From the NCBI GenBank assembly GCA_043797085.1, contig JAZDQA010000005.1:1-64000 (forward strand): DNA of 64,000 nt, in the 5' to 3' direction. The stretch is from Pseudomonadota bacterium (lineage in GTDB: Bacteria; Campylobacterota; Campylobacteria; Campylobacterales; Sulfurimonadaceae). Under the pieces are notes generated by a model that was given only the letters and a program-made list of their open reading frames with translations, searched no databases and had not been told where the DNA came from. Of this stretch, positions 1 to 12,706 are shown one piece after another (the first letter of the stretch is position 1; each line of letters begins with the position of its first letter). Both the position numbers and the translations under genes were made by a program.

Positions 1-58
1 CGAACCCGCGACCTCCTGCGTGACAGGCAGGCGTTCTAACCAACTGAACTACGACTGC
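1..58 (-). tRNA. tRNA-Asp(GTC), 3' end cut off by the window edge
   Basis: Reverse complement GCAGTCGTAGTTCAGTTGGTTAGAACGCCTGCCTGTCACGCAGGAGGTCGCGGGTTCG; anticodon loop CTGTCAC. Confidence 0.95.
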
Positions 59-65
59 ACAACTA

Positions 66-141
66 TGGTGGGAATTACAAGACTCGAACTTGTGACATCT
101 ACCTTGTAAGGGTAGCGCTCTACCAACTGAGCTAAACTCCC
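66..141 (-). tRNA. tRNA-Val(TAC)
   Basis: 76-nt cloverleaf, anticodon loop CTTACAA, TTCGA T-loop, encoded CCA. Confidence 0.95.
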
Positions 142-160
142 ATGTTTACTGATGAACAAA

Positions 161-236
161 TGGCGACCCCTAAAGGATTTGAACCTCTGTTCTTACCATG
201 AAGTGATAATGTCCTTGGCCACTAGACGAAAGGGTC
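161..236 (-). tRNA. tRNA-Glu(TTC) with atypical anticodon loop
   Basis: 76-nt cloverleaf GACCCTT...AGGGGTC-GCCA; anticodon stem TTATC/GGTAA, loop ACTTCAT; lies in a Lys-Glu-Val-Asp cluster. Confidence 0.88.
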
Positions 237-254
237 ACTTAAAACTATAAACCA

Positions 255-330
255 TGGTGTCCCGTGATGGATTCGAACCATCGACCCCTTCATTAAAAGT
301 GAAATGCTCTACCAGCTGAGCTAACGGGAC
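255..330 (-). tRNA. tRNA-Lys(TTT)
   Basis: 76-nt cloverleaf, loop CTTTTAA, encoded CCA. Confidence 0.95.
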
Positions 331-371
331 CTCTTCAACCATCATTAAAAAACGCTGATTGGGAGGGCGAA

Positions 372-400
372 ATTATAGGCAAATTACTCTTACTTGTCAA
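372..400 (-). promoter_or_regulatory. sigma70 promoter of the tRNA operon
   Basis: Perfect TTGACA-17 nt-TATAAT on the minus strand, followed by a GC-rich discriminator. Confidence 0.85.
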
Positions 401-413
401 GGTAAATTTTAAA

Positions 414-1505
414 TTAGCTAAAGAACAGCTCTCGCTCGAGAGTTAAAAGCATTTTTATCGCCATTAAAACACTTTGTTCTTGGATGTAATTACGATCACC
501 CTCGAACAAAAATCGTTCGGTATGTACCGATGTTTTAGATCGTGCGCTAATGTAAACGGTTCCGATAGGTTTGAGTTCACTACCTCCGGTGGGACCTGCT
601 ACACCGCTAATGGCGAGAGCAAAATCTGCATAACTGACATTCAAAGCGCCCTCAGACATTTGGTTTACCACATCTGCGCTGACTGCTCCATGTGTTTCGA
701 GAGATTCATCATCCACTGCGAGCCAGTTCGCTTTTAAAATATTGTCATAAGTGATGAGTGAACCTTCATAAACACTTGAAGCTCCATTTTGAGACGTAAA
801 ATAATACGCAAGTGAGCCTCCGCTGCAACTTTCGGCAAAGGAGATCTTTTTTTGATTTTTGGAGAGTTTTTCGATGATATAAGCTGCAATATTCGAAGCC
901 GCGATGACTTTATGATGCAATAATCCTTTCGCCGAAGCAATAAACTGAGCCATATTTCCATGTTTTCTTGCCGTAATTTTTACCCGTACCCACCCTTCTA
1001 TAAGTTCACACAATTCGAGTTTGACATCAAAATTTTGAGCGAGCGGGTCAAGCAAGGCGGAAACACTGGAGAGTTCTTCATTGAAAACGTGAATCCAACC
1101 GCTTCGATGTTCATCTTCGATTAAAACAGGAGGGAGCTTTTTCCCCTCATGAGCCAAAATAACGTTGATTTCAGAAGTATTATAGGAGAGGAGATAGCTG
1201 CCATTTTCTAAAATACTCGCACGCGAGGGGATAAGCATGGAGTCTTTTAAGACTTGATTATCCGCAGTCACGGTACTAAGAAGTTTTCCAACGATGGTAA
1301 ATGTGCTTTTTGTAGTGATAATAACGATTTTGGATTCACTCTTTAAGAGTTGATCGAGATGGAGAAACAGCCCTTTGTCGGACTCTTCAAAATAACTGAT
1401 GGAGTCAATAGTTGAGAGTTTTTCTTTGATACTGCGTAAAAGATAACGCTCGTACGATTCATTCAAAATTAACCTATTTCCGACAAAAAGGACATCTCGT
1501 TTCAT
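414..1505 (-). CDS. cinA: CinA family protein with C-terminal NMN deamidase (PncC-like) domain
   Basis: AESCSGG, GAVS and SGVAGP..GS motifs. Confidence 0.85.
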   Translation of the reverse strand: MKRDVLFVGNRLILNESYERYLLRSIKEKLSTIDSISYFEESDKGLFLHLDQLLKSESKIVIITTKSTFTIVGKLLSTVTADNQVLKDSMLIPSRASILENGSYLLSYNTSEINVILAHEGKKLPPVLIEDEHRSGWIHVFNEELSSVSALLDPLAQNFDVKLELCELIEGWVRVKITARKHGNMAQFIASAKGLLHHKVIAASNIAAYIIEKLSKNQKKISFAESCSGGSLAYYFTSQNGASSVYEGSLITYDNILKANWLAVDDESLETHGAVSADVVNQMSEGALNVSYADFALAISGVAGPTGGSELKPIGTVYISARSKTSVHTERFLFEGDRNYIQEQSVLMAIKMLLTLERELFFS

Positions 1506-1619
1506 TTTTTCACCCTCAATAATTTAGGACAGTATATCATATAGGGCTTTTGACAGCAAAATTTAAACCCCTAAAAGCTATAATGCACAACTTTTTAACT
1601 ACAATTTTCAAGGGATCCA

Positions 1620-4376
1620 ATGGATTATAAAGATACCCTCCTTTTACCACAAACACAGTTTCCAATGCGTGGAAATTTGATTAACAATGAACCCCTCCGC
1701 TATGCATCGTGGATATCTTCGGATGTGTACAGTCGTATGAAAACCAATCGCAAGGGTGCTCAAAGCTTCACGCTTCATGATGGACCTCCGTATGCAAACG
1801 GTCATACGCACATCGGTCATGCTTTGAATAAAATTCTTAAAGATATTATTGTTAAGTACAATTATTTTAATGGAAAATCAGTTCGTTTTACTCCCGGTTG
1901 GGACTGTCATGGATTACCGATTGAGCAGCAAGTTGAAAAAAAGCTGGGCGGAAAACAAAAAAAAGAGCTTCTTAGTACGGCTGAAGTACGTAAGCTCTGT
2001 CGTGAACATGCCGCTGAATTTGTGGATATTCAACGTTCTGAGTTTAAAAAATTGGGTATTGTTGCCGATTGGGATAATCCCTATTTAACGATGGACTATA
2101 AATTTGAAGCCAATATCTATCGTACTCTTTGTTCGGTTGCGAAAAAAGGGCTTTTGATTGAGCGTTCTAAACCGGTTTACTGGAGCTGGGCTGAGCGTAC
2201 TGCTCTTGCAGAAGCCGAAGTTGAATACGAAGATAAAGAAGATTACTCCATCTATGTAGCATTTGAACTCTCCGATGAAGCCAAAGTGCGTGCAGGGATT
2301 GAGGGAAAAGCGGCAATCGTTATTTGGACGACGACTCCATGGACACTTCCAGCCAATACCGGTATTTCTCTTAATCCTGAAGAGGTGTATGTCCGTACAA
2401 GCGATGGGTATATTGTTGCCCAAAAACGCTATGAAGCGATGATCGAAGAGGGAGTTTTGACAGGTTCGGTTGTTCAAAAAATCGATGCGCAAAAATTTGA
2501 AAATCTTTATGCAATCAATCCTCTCAACGGTCGTGGTTCTCATTTGGTTCTGGGTGAGCACGTTTTGATGGAGAATGGATCGGGATGTGTTCATACTGCA
2601 CCTGGGCATGGTGAGGATGACTATCGTATTGGTCTGCGTTATAACTTAGAAGTCGTGATGCCGGTCGATGAGACGGGATGTTATGACACTACGCTGGTCC
2701 ATGAAAAACTTCTCCCCAATCCTGAAGAGTTTGTGGGGATACATATTTTCAAAGCGAATGAGCCTATTCTTGCATTATTAGGGGCAAGCCTGCTTAAAGT
2801 TTCTAAATTTCGTCACTCATATCCTCATTGCTGGCGTTCACATACACCGTTGATTTTCCGTGCGACGCGACAATGGTTTATTGCAGTTGATGGGATTCCT
2901 GAAGGGGAAACCAAGACTCTCCGCTCTATTGCGCAAGCAGAAGTGGCAAAAACGACGTTTTATCCTGAAACCGGACGTAATCGTTTGGGTTCAATGGTCG
3001 AAAATCGTCCTGATTGGTGTATCTCACGTCAACGTGACTGGGGTGTTCCTATCGCATTTTTCCGTGTTAAAGAAACGGGTGAAGTGATTTTGGATGAGAA
3101 AACACTTAACTTTATCGCAATGATTTTCGAGATGCACGGAACGGATGCATGGTACTCCATGAGCATTGCCGAATTACTCTATCCTGGTTGTCCTCATAAA
3201 GCGGATGATTTAGAAAAAGTGACTGACATTTTAGATGTATGGTTTGACAGCGGTTCAACGTGGAATGCGGTACTAAAATCCCGTAACTACGATGCGGGAA
3301 CCTATCCTGCTGATTTGTACATCGAAGGTTCTGATCAGCATCGCGGATGGTTCCAATCTTCACTCTTTTTGAGTGCGGCAGTGGAACATATCGCTCCGTA
3401 TAAAGCCATTTTGACTCACGGGTTTACCGTTGATGAAAAAGGCGAAAAGATGTCGAAATCCAAAGGCAATGTTGTCGCTCCCGATACGGTGCTCAAAGAA
3501 TACGGTTCAGAGATCTTGCGTTTGTGGGTCGCGATGAGTGATTATCAAGGGGATCTCAAAATCTCAGGCAATATTCTCAAGCAAACCGCAGAGCAATACC
3601 GAAAACTTCGTAATACCTTTCGTATTATGCTGGCAAACCTCGATGGGCTTGAGGCCATTGTCCCTTATGAGCAAATGGGTGAAATCGATAAATGGATTGT
3701 GGCAAAAGCAAAAGAGGTGTTTGATGAGACCCATAAGTTGTTTGGAGAGTACAACTTTGTCCAAGGGATGAGCGGGCTTAATTATTTTATCGTCAATGAG
3801 CTCAGCGGAGTGTACATCGATATTACCAAAGACCGTATGTATTGTGATGCTTCTGACTCAGCTAGCCGAAGATCAACGCAAAGCGCCATGGCGATTATTG
3901 CAGGGTCGATGCTTGGACTTATTGCTCCAATCCTTACGTACACGGCGGATGAAATTTTTGAAAATGCACCGACACTTCTCAAAGGAGATGCAGCTGATAT
4001 TTTTGATGTTGTTTACGCTTCGATTAAACCAGTAACAAGTAACTGGGATGACGTGAATACAAAAGCAGTTCGTGTAGGACTGAATGAAGTTGTAGATGGA
4101 TTGAAAAAAGAAAAAATTATTAAAAATACTCTTGAATTGGTTGTTTCAACAAAATCTTCATTATTGAAATCGATGAAAAAAGAGGATATTGAAGAATACT
4201 TGGTTATTTCTAAATGGTGTGCATGCGAGTTGAAAGATATTTTAGGAACGTTTGAAATAGAAGGTGAGACATTTAACATTGCTCGTGCTTCGAAGGCGAA
4301 GTGCCCGCGTTGTTGGAAATATCAGAGCGAAGATGAAGAGACCTTGTGTGAACGTTGTGCGAGTGTTGTTGCATGA
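1620..4376 (+). CDS. ileS: Isoleucine--tRNA ligase
   Basis: DGPPYANG..HIGH, WTTTPWTLP, KMSKS, C-terminal CPRC/CERC zinc finger. Confidence 0.98.
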   Translation: MDYKDTLLLPQTQFPMRGNLINNEPLRYASWISSDVYSRMKTNRKGAQSFTLHDGPPYANGHTHIGHALNKILKDIIVKYNYFNGKSVRFTPGWDCHGLPIEQQVEKKLGGKQKKELLSTAEVRKLCREHAAEFVDIQRSEFKKLGIVADWDNPYLTMDYKFEANIYRTLCSVAKKGLLIERSKPVYWSWAERTALAEAEVEYEDKEDYSIYVAFELSDEAKVRAGIEGKAAIVIWTTTPWTLPANTGISLNPEEVYVRTSDGYIVAQKRYEAMIEEGVLTGSVVQKIDAQKFENLYAINPLNGRGSHLVLGEHVLMENGSGCVHTAPGHGEDDYRIGLRYNLEVVMPVDETGCYDTTLVHEKLLPNPEEFVGIHIFKANEPILALLGASLLKVSKFRHSYPHCWRSHTPLIFRATRQWFIAVDGIPEGETKTLRSIAQAEVAKTTFYPETGRNRLGSMVENRPDWCISRQRDWGVPIAFFRVKETGEVILDEKTLNFIAMIFEMHGTDAWYSMSIAELLYPGCPHKADDLEKVTDILDVWFDSGSTWNAVLKSRNYDAGTYPADLYIEGSDQHRGWFQSSLFLSAAVEHIAPYKAILTHGFTVDEKGEKMSKSKGNVVAPDTVLKEYGSEILRLWVAMSDYQGDLKISGNILKQTAEQYRKLRNTFRIMLANLDGLEAIVPYEQMGEIDKWIVAKAKEVFDETHKLFGEYNFVQGMSGLNYFIVNELSGVYIDITKDRMYCDASDSASRRSTQSAMAIIAGSMLGLIAPILTYTADEIFENAPTLLKGDAADIFDVVYASIKPVTSNWDDVNTKAVRVGLNEVVDGLKKEKIIKNTLELVVSTKSSLLKSMKKEDIEEYLVISKWCACELKDILGTFEIEGETFNIARASKAKCPRCWKYQSEDEETLCERCASVVA

Positions 4377-4488
4377 TGAGAGAACCGGTATCTTTGCTTT
4401 TTATTGCTGAAACGGTTGGCGTTATTTTCGCAATTATCGCTTTGGGGATTTTGATGGTAAAAAATGCAAAACGTAAAAAGGAATCTGT

Positions 4489-4492
<4 letters not shown>
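4373..4492 (+). CDS. Putative 39-aa single-TM small protein (not in ORF track)
   Basis: [43 protein letters not shown] overlap with the ileS stop and with the gatA start. Confidence 0.65.
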
Positions 4493-7283
<2,791 letters not shown>

Positions 7284-7349
7284 CATAATTCCCTATTAAG
7301 CTAATGGCCATTAAGCCATTAGGATAAGATGGGAAAAGTTCTGTGATGT

Positions 7350-7358
7350 TGATACAAT
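7350..7358 (+). promoter_or_regulatory. Extended -10 promoter upstream of metY
   Basis: TGaTACAAT about 20 nt before the ATG. Confidence 0.5.
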
Positions 7359-7378
7359 GGCGCAAAATTACCTAAAGG

Positions 7379-8650
7379 ATGAAAATGCAACTTCAAACTG
7401 AAGCCCTCCATGCCGGATACGATAAAGATTCTCAAAGTACGATGGCTGTCCCCATCTACCAAACGACTGCGTATGAGTTTCGTGATGTCGAACATGCAGC
7501 AAATTTATTTGCTCTCAAAGAGCTGGGAAATATTTATACGCGTCTGAATAATCCCACAACCGATGTGTTTGAAAAACGGTTTGCCACGTTAGAAGGCGGC
7601 GCAGCCGGTTTGGCAACGGCGAGTGGAATGGCAGCAATTTTTTATGCGATTGCCAATGCGGCAGAAGCAGGAGACAATATCCTCTGTGCCCGTCAGCTTT
7701 ACGGCGGGACCGTGACGCAGGCATCGTATACATTAAAACGTTTTGGGATTGAAGCACGCTATTTTGACGTTCAAAATCCCAGCGAAATTGAAGCATTGGT
7801 GGACGATAAAACCAAAGTGATCTTTTTTGAGAGTTTGACCAATCCAAGTATCGATGTTGCTGATATTGCTGCTATCACCGCTATTGCTAAAAAGCACGGT
7901 ATTCTCTCCATTGTGGATAATACAGTAGCAACTCCAGTGTTATGCCGTCCCTTAGAACATGGTGTGGATGTCGTTGTTCACAGTGCAAGTAAATATACGA
8001 CAGGGCAGGGGCTTGCTATTGGCGGGATACTCGTTGAACGTCATGATTTAGTCGATTTCATCCGTTCTAATCCTCGTTATCCACAGTTCAATGAGCCGGA
8101 TGAGAGTTACCACGGTTTAGTGTACGTCGACGTTCCATTGCCTCTATTTTGCCTGCGTGCACGTCTTTCACTTCTGCGTGATTTAGGGGCGGTTGTATCA
8201 CCATTTAATTCATGGTTGTTTATCCAAGGGATTGAAACACTCTCGCTTCGTATGCGTGAACACTCTCGTAATGCGCAAGCGGTAGCAGAATTTTTGGAAA
8301 GTCATCCAAAAGTGATAAAAGTCAATTATCCAGGTTTAAAAAGTAACAGTAACTATGCCAATGCGCAACGCTATTTTGATGGCGGTATGTCAAGTGGGCT
8401 ATTAAGCTTCGAAGTGGATGATTTTGAATTGGCAAAGAAAATTGTAGATGCAACAAATCTCTTTTCATTGGTCGTTAATATTGGCGACTCTAAATCTATT
8501 ATTACTCATCCAGCTTCCACAACTCATCAACAATTAAGTGCTGAAGAATTGGTAGCATGCGGTGTCCCCTCAGGGCTTATTCGTTTGAGTATCGGACTTG
8601 AAGCGACAGACGATTTGATTGCTGATTTAGTTCAGGCACTAAACGCGTAA
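7379..8650 (+). CDS. metY: O-acetylhomoserine aminocarboxypropyltransferase (sulfhydrylase)
   Basis: Cys/Met PLP family (IYTRLNNPT, HSASKY, NIGDSKS); adjacent to metX. Confidence 0.9.
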   Translation: MKMQLQTEALHAGYDKDSQSTMAVPIYQTTAYEFRDVEHAANLFALKELGNIYTRLNNPTTDVFEKRFATLEGGAAGLATASGMAAIFYAIANAAEAGDNILCARQLYGGTVTQASYTLKRFGIEARYFDVQNPSEIEALVDDKTKVIFFESLTNPSIDVADIAAITAIAKKHGILSIVDNTVATPVLCRPLEHGVDVVVHSASKYTTGQGLAIGGILVERHDLVDFIRSNPRYPQFNEPDESYHGLVYVDVPLPLFCLRARLSLLRDLGAVVSPFNSWLFIQGIETLSLRMREHSRNAQAVAEFLESHPKVIKVNYPGLKSNSNYANAQRYFDGGMSSGLLSFEVDDFELAKKIVDATNLFSLVVNIGDSKSIITHPASTTHQQLSAEELVACGVPSGLIRLSIGLEATDDLIADLVQALNA

Positions 8651-8658
8651 AGGGTACT

Positions 8659-9756
8659 ATGTTAAACCTACAAATTCACAGTGAGCATTTCACAAACCCT
8701 CTTTATTTAGAGAGTGGGCGAATTTTAGAGCCATACGATATCGTCTATGAGACGTACGGTACTCTTAATGAGACTAAAGATAATGTGATTGTGGTTTGTC
8801 ATGCTCTTACGGGTTCTCATCATGCGGCTGGAACGTATGATGGGGATAACAAAGCCGGATGGTGGGATGGTCTTATAGGTCAGGGAAAAGCGGTTGATAC
8901 CGATCATTTTTTCGTGATCTGCGCGAATGTCATCGGAAGTTGTTTTGGTTCTACAGGTCCTATGTCACCCCGCTATCCTTATAACGAGCCTTATCGTTAT
9001 AAATTCCCCGTTGTGACGATATTGGACATGGTGAGAGCGCAACGCATTTTATTTGATCGTTTGGGTATCCATGAAGTGCATGCGGTCATCGGCGGGTCGA
9101 TGGGTGGGATGCAAGCATTGGCATTTGGGGTATTTTTTCCCAATTTTGCCAAAAAAATTATTGCGATGGCATCGACTCACGCTACCCAAGCCTGGGCAAT
9201 TGCATTTAATAAAGTAGCCCAAGAGGCGATTCTTAAAGACCCTGAATTTAAAAATGGATATTATGACCCTGAAGTGATTCATGAAAATGGTCTTAGTGGT
9301 ATGGCGATAGGACGGATGGCAGGACATATTAGTTTTTTGTCACCTCAATCCATGGAGCGAAAATTTGGTCGTGAATACAAACGTAATGATGGATTGTACG
9401 AGTTATTTGGAAAGTTCCAAGTTGAATCGTATTTGGAGTACAATGGATACAATTTTACAAAATGGTTTGATCCTCTGAGTTATTTATACATTACCAAAGC
9501 AATTAATATTTATGATCTTTCACGAGGATTTGACTCTTTGGAAGAAGCGCTTGGTCGTATTAGTGCGGACCTTCACTTGGTTGGATTTGAAAAAGACATT
9601 CTCTTTTTACCATCTGAAATGGAAATGATAGCATCAACAATGCATGCTATTGGAAAAGAAAATGTTGATTATATTGAAATTAAAAGCGATTACGGACACG
9701 ATGCTTTTTTAGTTGAGATTGATAAAATTGAGCAATATGTAAAGGATGCATTATGA
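8659..9756 (+). CDS. metX: Homoserine O-acetyltransferase
   Basis: HALTG, GGSMGG nucleophile, GHDAFL. Confidence 0.93.
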   Translation: MLNLQIHSEHFTNPLYLESGRILEPYDIVYETYGTLNETKDNVIVVCHALTGSHHAAGTYDGDNKAGWWDGLIGQGKAVDTDHFFVICANVIGSCFGSTGPMSPRYPYNEPYRYKFPVVTILDMVRAQRILFDRLGIHEVHAVIGGSMGGMQALAFGVFFPNFAKKIIAMASTHATQAWAIAFNKVAQEAILKDPEFKNGYYDPEVIHENGLSGMAIGRMAGHISFLSPQSMERKFGREYKRNDGLYELFGKFQVESYLEYNGYNFTKWFDPLSYLYITKAINIYDLSRGFDSLEEALGRISADLHLVGFEKDILFLPSEMEMIASTMHAIGKENVDYIEIKSDYGHDAFLVEIDKIEQYVKDAL

Positions 9757-9947
9757 GTGAAGAGATACGTTTTGAGACAAAGATAACCAACGCAAAAGCA
9801 ATTTTGGAAAAGTTAATGGACCCGACATTACCAATGGACGAAAGTGTCAAAGCATATGAACAAGGGATGAATGAGCTTAAAATGGCAGAAAAAATGTTAG
9901 AACAAGCTCAACTCCAAATACAAATTATCAAAAATCAGGATCAATAA
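9753..9947 (+). CDS. xseB: Exodeoxyribonuclease VII small subunit
   Basis: 64 aa helical, FE...L..I...L..S...YE.G pattern. Confidence 0.8.
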   Translation: MSEEIRFETKITNAKAILEKLMDPTLPMDESVKAYEQGMNELKMAEKMLEQAQLQIQIIKNQDQ

Positions 9948-10738
9948 TGCGTTGTGCCATTTTACAGCTTCCCTCAATCGGTATGGGAGGTTCAACCTTA
10001 GAAAACTATACAAGAGCAGCACATAACAAGGGTGTAAAGCTAATGGTGCTGGGAGAATATCTTCTCAACCCTTTTTTTAAAGAGCTTGTTCAAACACCAA
10101 TTTCGATGATTCGTGAACAAAGTATTCACCAGATTGAAACGTTAAAAGCGCTTGCATTGAAATACGATATTGTTTTTGTAGCACCTATTGTGACAGTCAA
10201 AAAAAATGAGTGCACAAAGATGATTGCAAAAATCACAGGGCGAAGTGTGAGTTATTATCCTCAGCAGTTTTTGATTAACTATCCTCACTGGAATGAAGAG
10301 GATTTTTTCGCTAACCCTGTTGAATCAATCAAACCTCCAATGATATTTGGACTCAATGGATTTAAGTTTGCCGTGATGGGAGGATTTGAGCTTCATTTTG
10401 ATCCGCTTTGGAGCGCTATTGCTGCTAAAAATGTCGATGTTGTTTTAGTCCCGAGTGCTTCTACATTTGAATCGCACAATCGCTGGAGAGAGTTGATTAA
10501 AATGAGAGCATTTACTCATAATTGCTATATCCTTCGTGCAAATCGTGTAGGGGAATATTGTGATGAAAAGCACGCATGGAAGTTTTATGGTGATTCGATG
10601 ATAGTCACTCCGGATGGAGATGTTGAGGCAGATCTAGGGAACACTGAAGAGCTCCTTATCGTTGATTTAGACCGTAAAGCCCTTAACGACTCAAAAAAAG
10701 GGTGGGGTTTTAAAGAGGCACTCAAAAAACGACAATAA
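9947..10738 (+). CDS. Carbon-nitrogen hydrolase (nitrilase-fold) family protein, degenerate catalytic triad
   Basis: LGEY, RANRVG, FYGDS..P.G patterns; Lys and Cys positions appear substituted. Confidence 0.8.
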   Translation: MRCAILQLPSIGMGGSTLENYTRAAHNKGVKLMVLGEYLLNPFFKELVQTPISMIREQSIHQIETLKALALKYDIVFVAPIVTVKKNECTKMIAKITGRSVSYYPQQFLINYPHWNEEDFFANPVESIKPPMIFGLNGFKFAVMGGFELHFDPLWSAIAAKNVDVVLVPSASTFESHNRWRELIKMRAFTHNCYILRANRVGEYCDEKHAWKFYGDSMIVTPDGDVEADLGNTEELLIVDLDRKALNDSKKGWGFKEALKKRQ

Positions 10739-12706
10739 ATGCAGTATTTTTGGTGGTTTTTTTTACTATTAGCGACGGCTTTAGATGCAAAAACTCTCCA
10801 TATCTGTTCGGATTCATCGTATGATCTTGCCCCCTATGTCTCTTCTTTTGAAGATACCAGTCGAGAACTGAATCTCTCGGATGTTCTGGATAAATCGTTT
10901 ATTCCGAATAAACAAGAGAGCATTAATTTTGGGTTTACCCAGTCTGCGTATTGGTTCAAAGTAGAGATGAATCGTGATGCACATGCGGCACACAAAGAGT
11001 GGTGGCTCTCTATCGAGTACCCATTATTAGAGAAAATTGATGTTTATGTACTTTCCAAGACGGGAGAAATCGTTCTTACTGATAGAATGGGCTCTTTATT
11101 GCCTTCTTCCCAAAGTAAAATACCCTTGCATAACTATGTCACCCAAATCAGGTTAGAGAATTATCCTGAATCAACATTAATGATACGAGTTCAAACTCAA
11201 GGATCCATGCAGGTTCCCCTAACGCTTCATTCTTCCAGCGGACTTTTTTCGGAAATTGAATACAGCTCTCTGGCTATAGGGATTTTTTACGGGATTTTCA
11301 TCGTTATCTTTTTATACAATATTGTTATTTATTTTTATACAAGAGACAGCAATTATCTTCGTTATTTACTCTTTTTAATCTCTTTTATCCTTTGGCAAAT
11401 GTCCTTTGATGGAATTGGACGCACGTATGTGTGGGAAAAATGCAGGTGGATGATCGATCATGGACCGGGGTTTTGGATTGCTTTTTCATCCTTTAGTGCA
11501 CTTTATTTCGGGCGTGGCTTTTTACAGACAAAAGAAAACATACCTAAACTCGATCATATTCTAAAAGGAATGATGTTTTTAAGTTTTGCTATTTCAATAG
11601 TTTCAGCTTTTTTACCGTATTCCAAAACCATTCTTATTAATGCCAGTATGGTTATTCTCTCAACCTTTTTACTGCTAAGTGCTGGTATTATGATGATTAA
11701 ATACGCTCATAGGGTAGCTCGTTTTTATCTATCTGGCTGGAGTTTTTTTCTTGTTGGCACAATGATTTTTGCGTTTAATAAGTTTGAATTGATTCCCAAT
11801 TTTTACGGTGTGAATCATGTTCAGCAAATTGGTGCTGCCTTTGAGATGATTTTTCTCTCATGGGCATTGGCTGATCGTGTTTATTGGCTTCAATCGGAAT
11901 ATATTGCAAAAATTAATAATTTGAATGAGACGCTGAGTGAAAAAGTAGCAGAATCCTTGGCAGAGGTGCGTAAAAAGGATGAACTTATTGTTCAGCAATC
12001 GCGTTTAGCCGCTCTTGGAGAGATGATCGAACAAATTGCACATCAGTGGCGACAACCACTCAATACATTATCTCTTATTAATCAAAATCTTTATTTTAAG
12101 CGTCATATGGGAGAATGTGATGATAATTTATATGAGACATCCCATGAGCAATTTCAAGAGAATTTACAATACATGTCAAAGACCATTGATGATTTTAGAA
12201 ATTACTATAAAATGGACAAGTACAAAGAACCGGAAGATATTTCTGAAGTAGCAGAAATTGCATTTCGTCTTAGCTCGGTATTATTAAATGATGCAAAAAT
12301 AACCGGACACATTGAGAGCAAAACAACGACTAAAGTCATATTGGCTAAAAATGAGTTGATTCAAGTCTTTATGAATCTTATTAAAAATGCGCATGATGCA
12401 CTATTAGAACGGCATGTCAACTCCGGTGAAATCAATATTACCATTTTTGAGGTCGAAGATTTTTTAGAAATCTGGATTGAGGATAATGCCGGAGGAATTG
12501 ATGAATCGATTATGGATCAGATTTTTACTATTTATTTTACTACCAAGCCTGCCAGTCAAGGATCAGGATTAGGATTGCACATGTGCCGCTATATTATTGA
12601 AGAGAGTTTTGGCGGATCGATACGGGTAGAGAATACTCAAGTAGGGGCAAAGTTCATTATTCAATTACCTAGTGGATTGATAAAAAATTATATTAAAGGG
12701 AAGTGA
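10739..12706 (+). CDS. 7TM-DISM sensor histidine kinase
   Basis: Extracellular domain (FGFTQSAYW), 7 TM helices, AHQWRQPL H-box, DNAGGI and GSGLGL. Confidence 0.9.
   Translation: MQYFWWFFLLLATALDAKTLHICSDSSYDLAPYVSSFEDTSRELNLSDVLDKSFIPNKQESINFGFTQSAYWFKVEMNRDAHAAHKEWWLSIEYPLLEKIDVYVLSKTGEIVLTDRMGSLLPSSQSKIPLHNYVTQIRLENYPESTLMIRVQTQGSMQVPLTLHSSSGLFSEIEYSSLAIGIFYGIFIVIFLYNIVIYFYTRDSNYLRYLLFLISFILWQMSFDGIGRTYVWEKCRWMIDHGPGFWIAFSSFSALYFGRGFLQTKENIPKLDHILKGMMFLSFAISIVSAFLPYSKTILINASMVILSTFLLLSAGIMMIKYAHRVARFYLSGWSFFLVGTMIFAFNKFELIPNFYGVNHVQQIGAAFEMIFLSWALADRVYWLQSEYIAKINNLNETLSEKVAESLAEVRKKDELIVQQSRLAALGEMIEQIAHQWRQPLNTLSLINQNLYFKRHMGECDDNLYETSHEQFQENLQYMSKTIDDFRNYYKMDKYKEPEDISEVAEIAFRLSSVLLNDAKITGHIESKTTTKVILAKNELIQVFMNLIKNAHDALLERHVNSGEINITIFEVEDFLEIWIEDNAGGIDESIMDQIFTIYFTTKPASQGSGLGLHMCRYIIEESFGGSIRVENTQVGAKFIIQLPSGLIKNYIKGK

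Noticed and set aside
161..236. Reading the CTTCA loop as a UCA (Sec or opal suppressor) anticodon
   Set aside because: Stem register centres TTC; the variable arm is short and the acceptor stem is a normal 7 bp
7284..7378. SAM riboswitch or T-box upstream of metY
   Set aside because: No recognisable core motifs, and the likely -10 leaves only a very short leader
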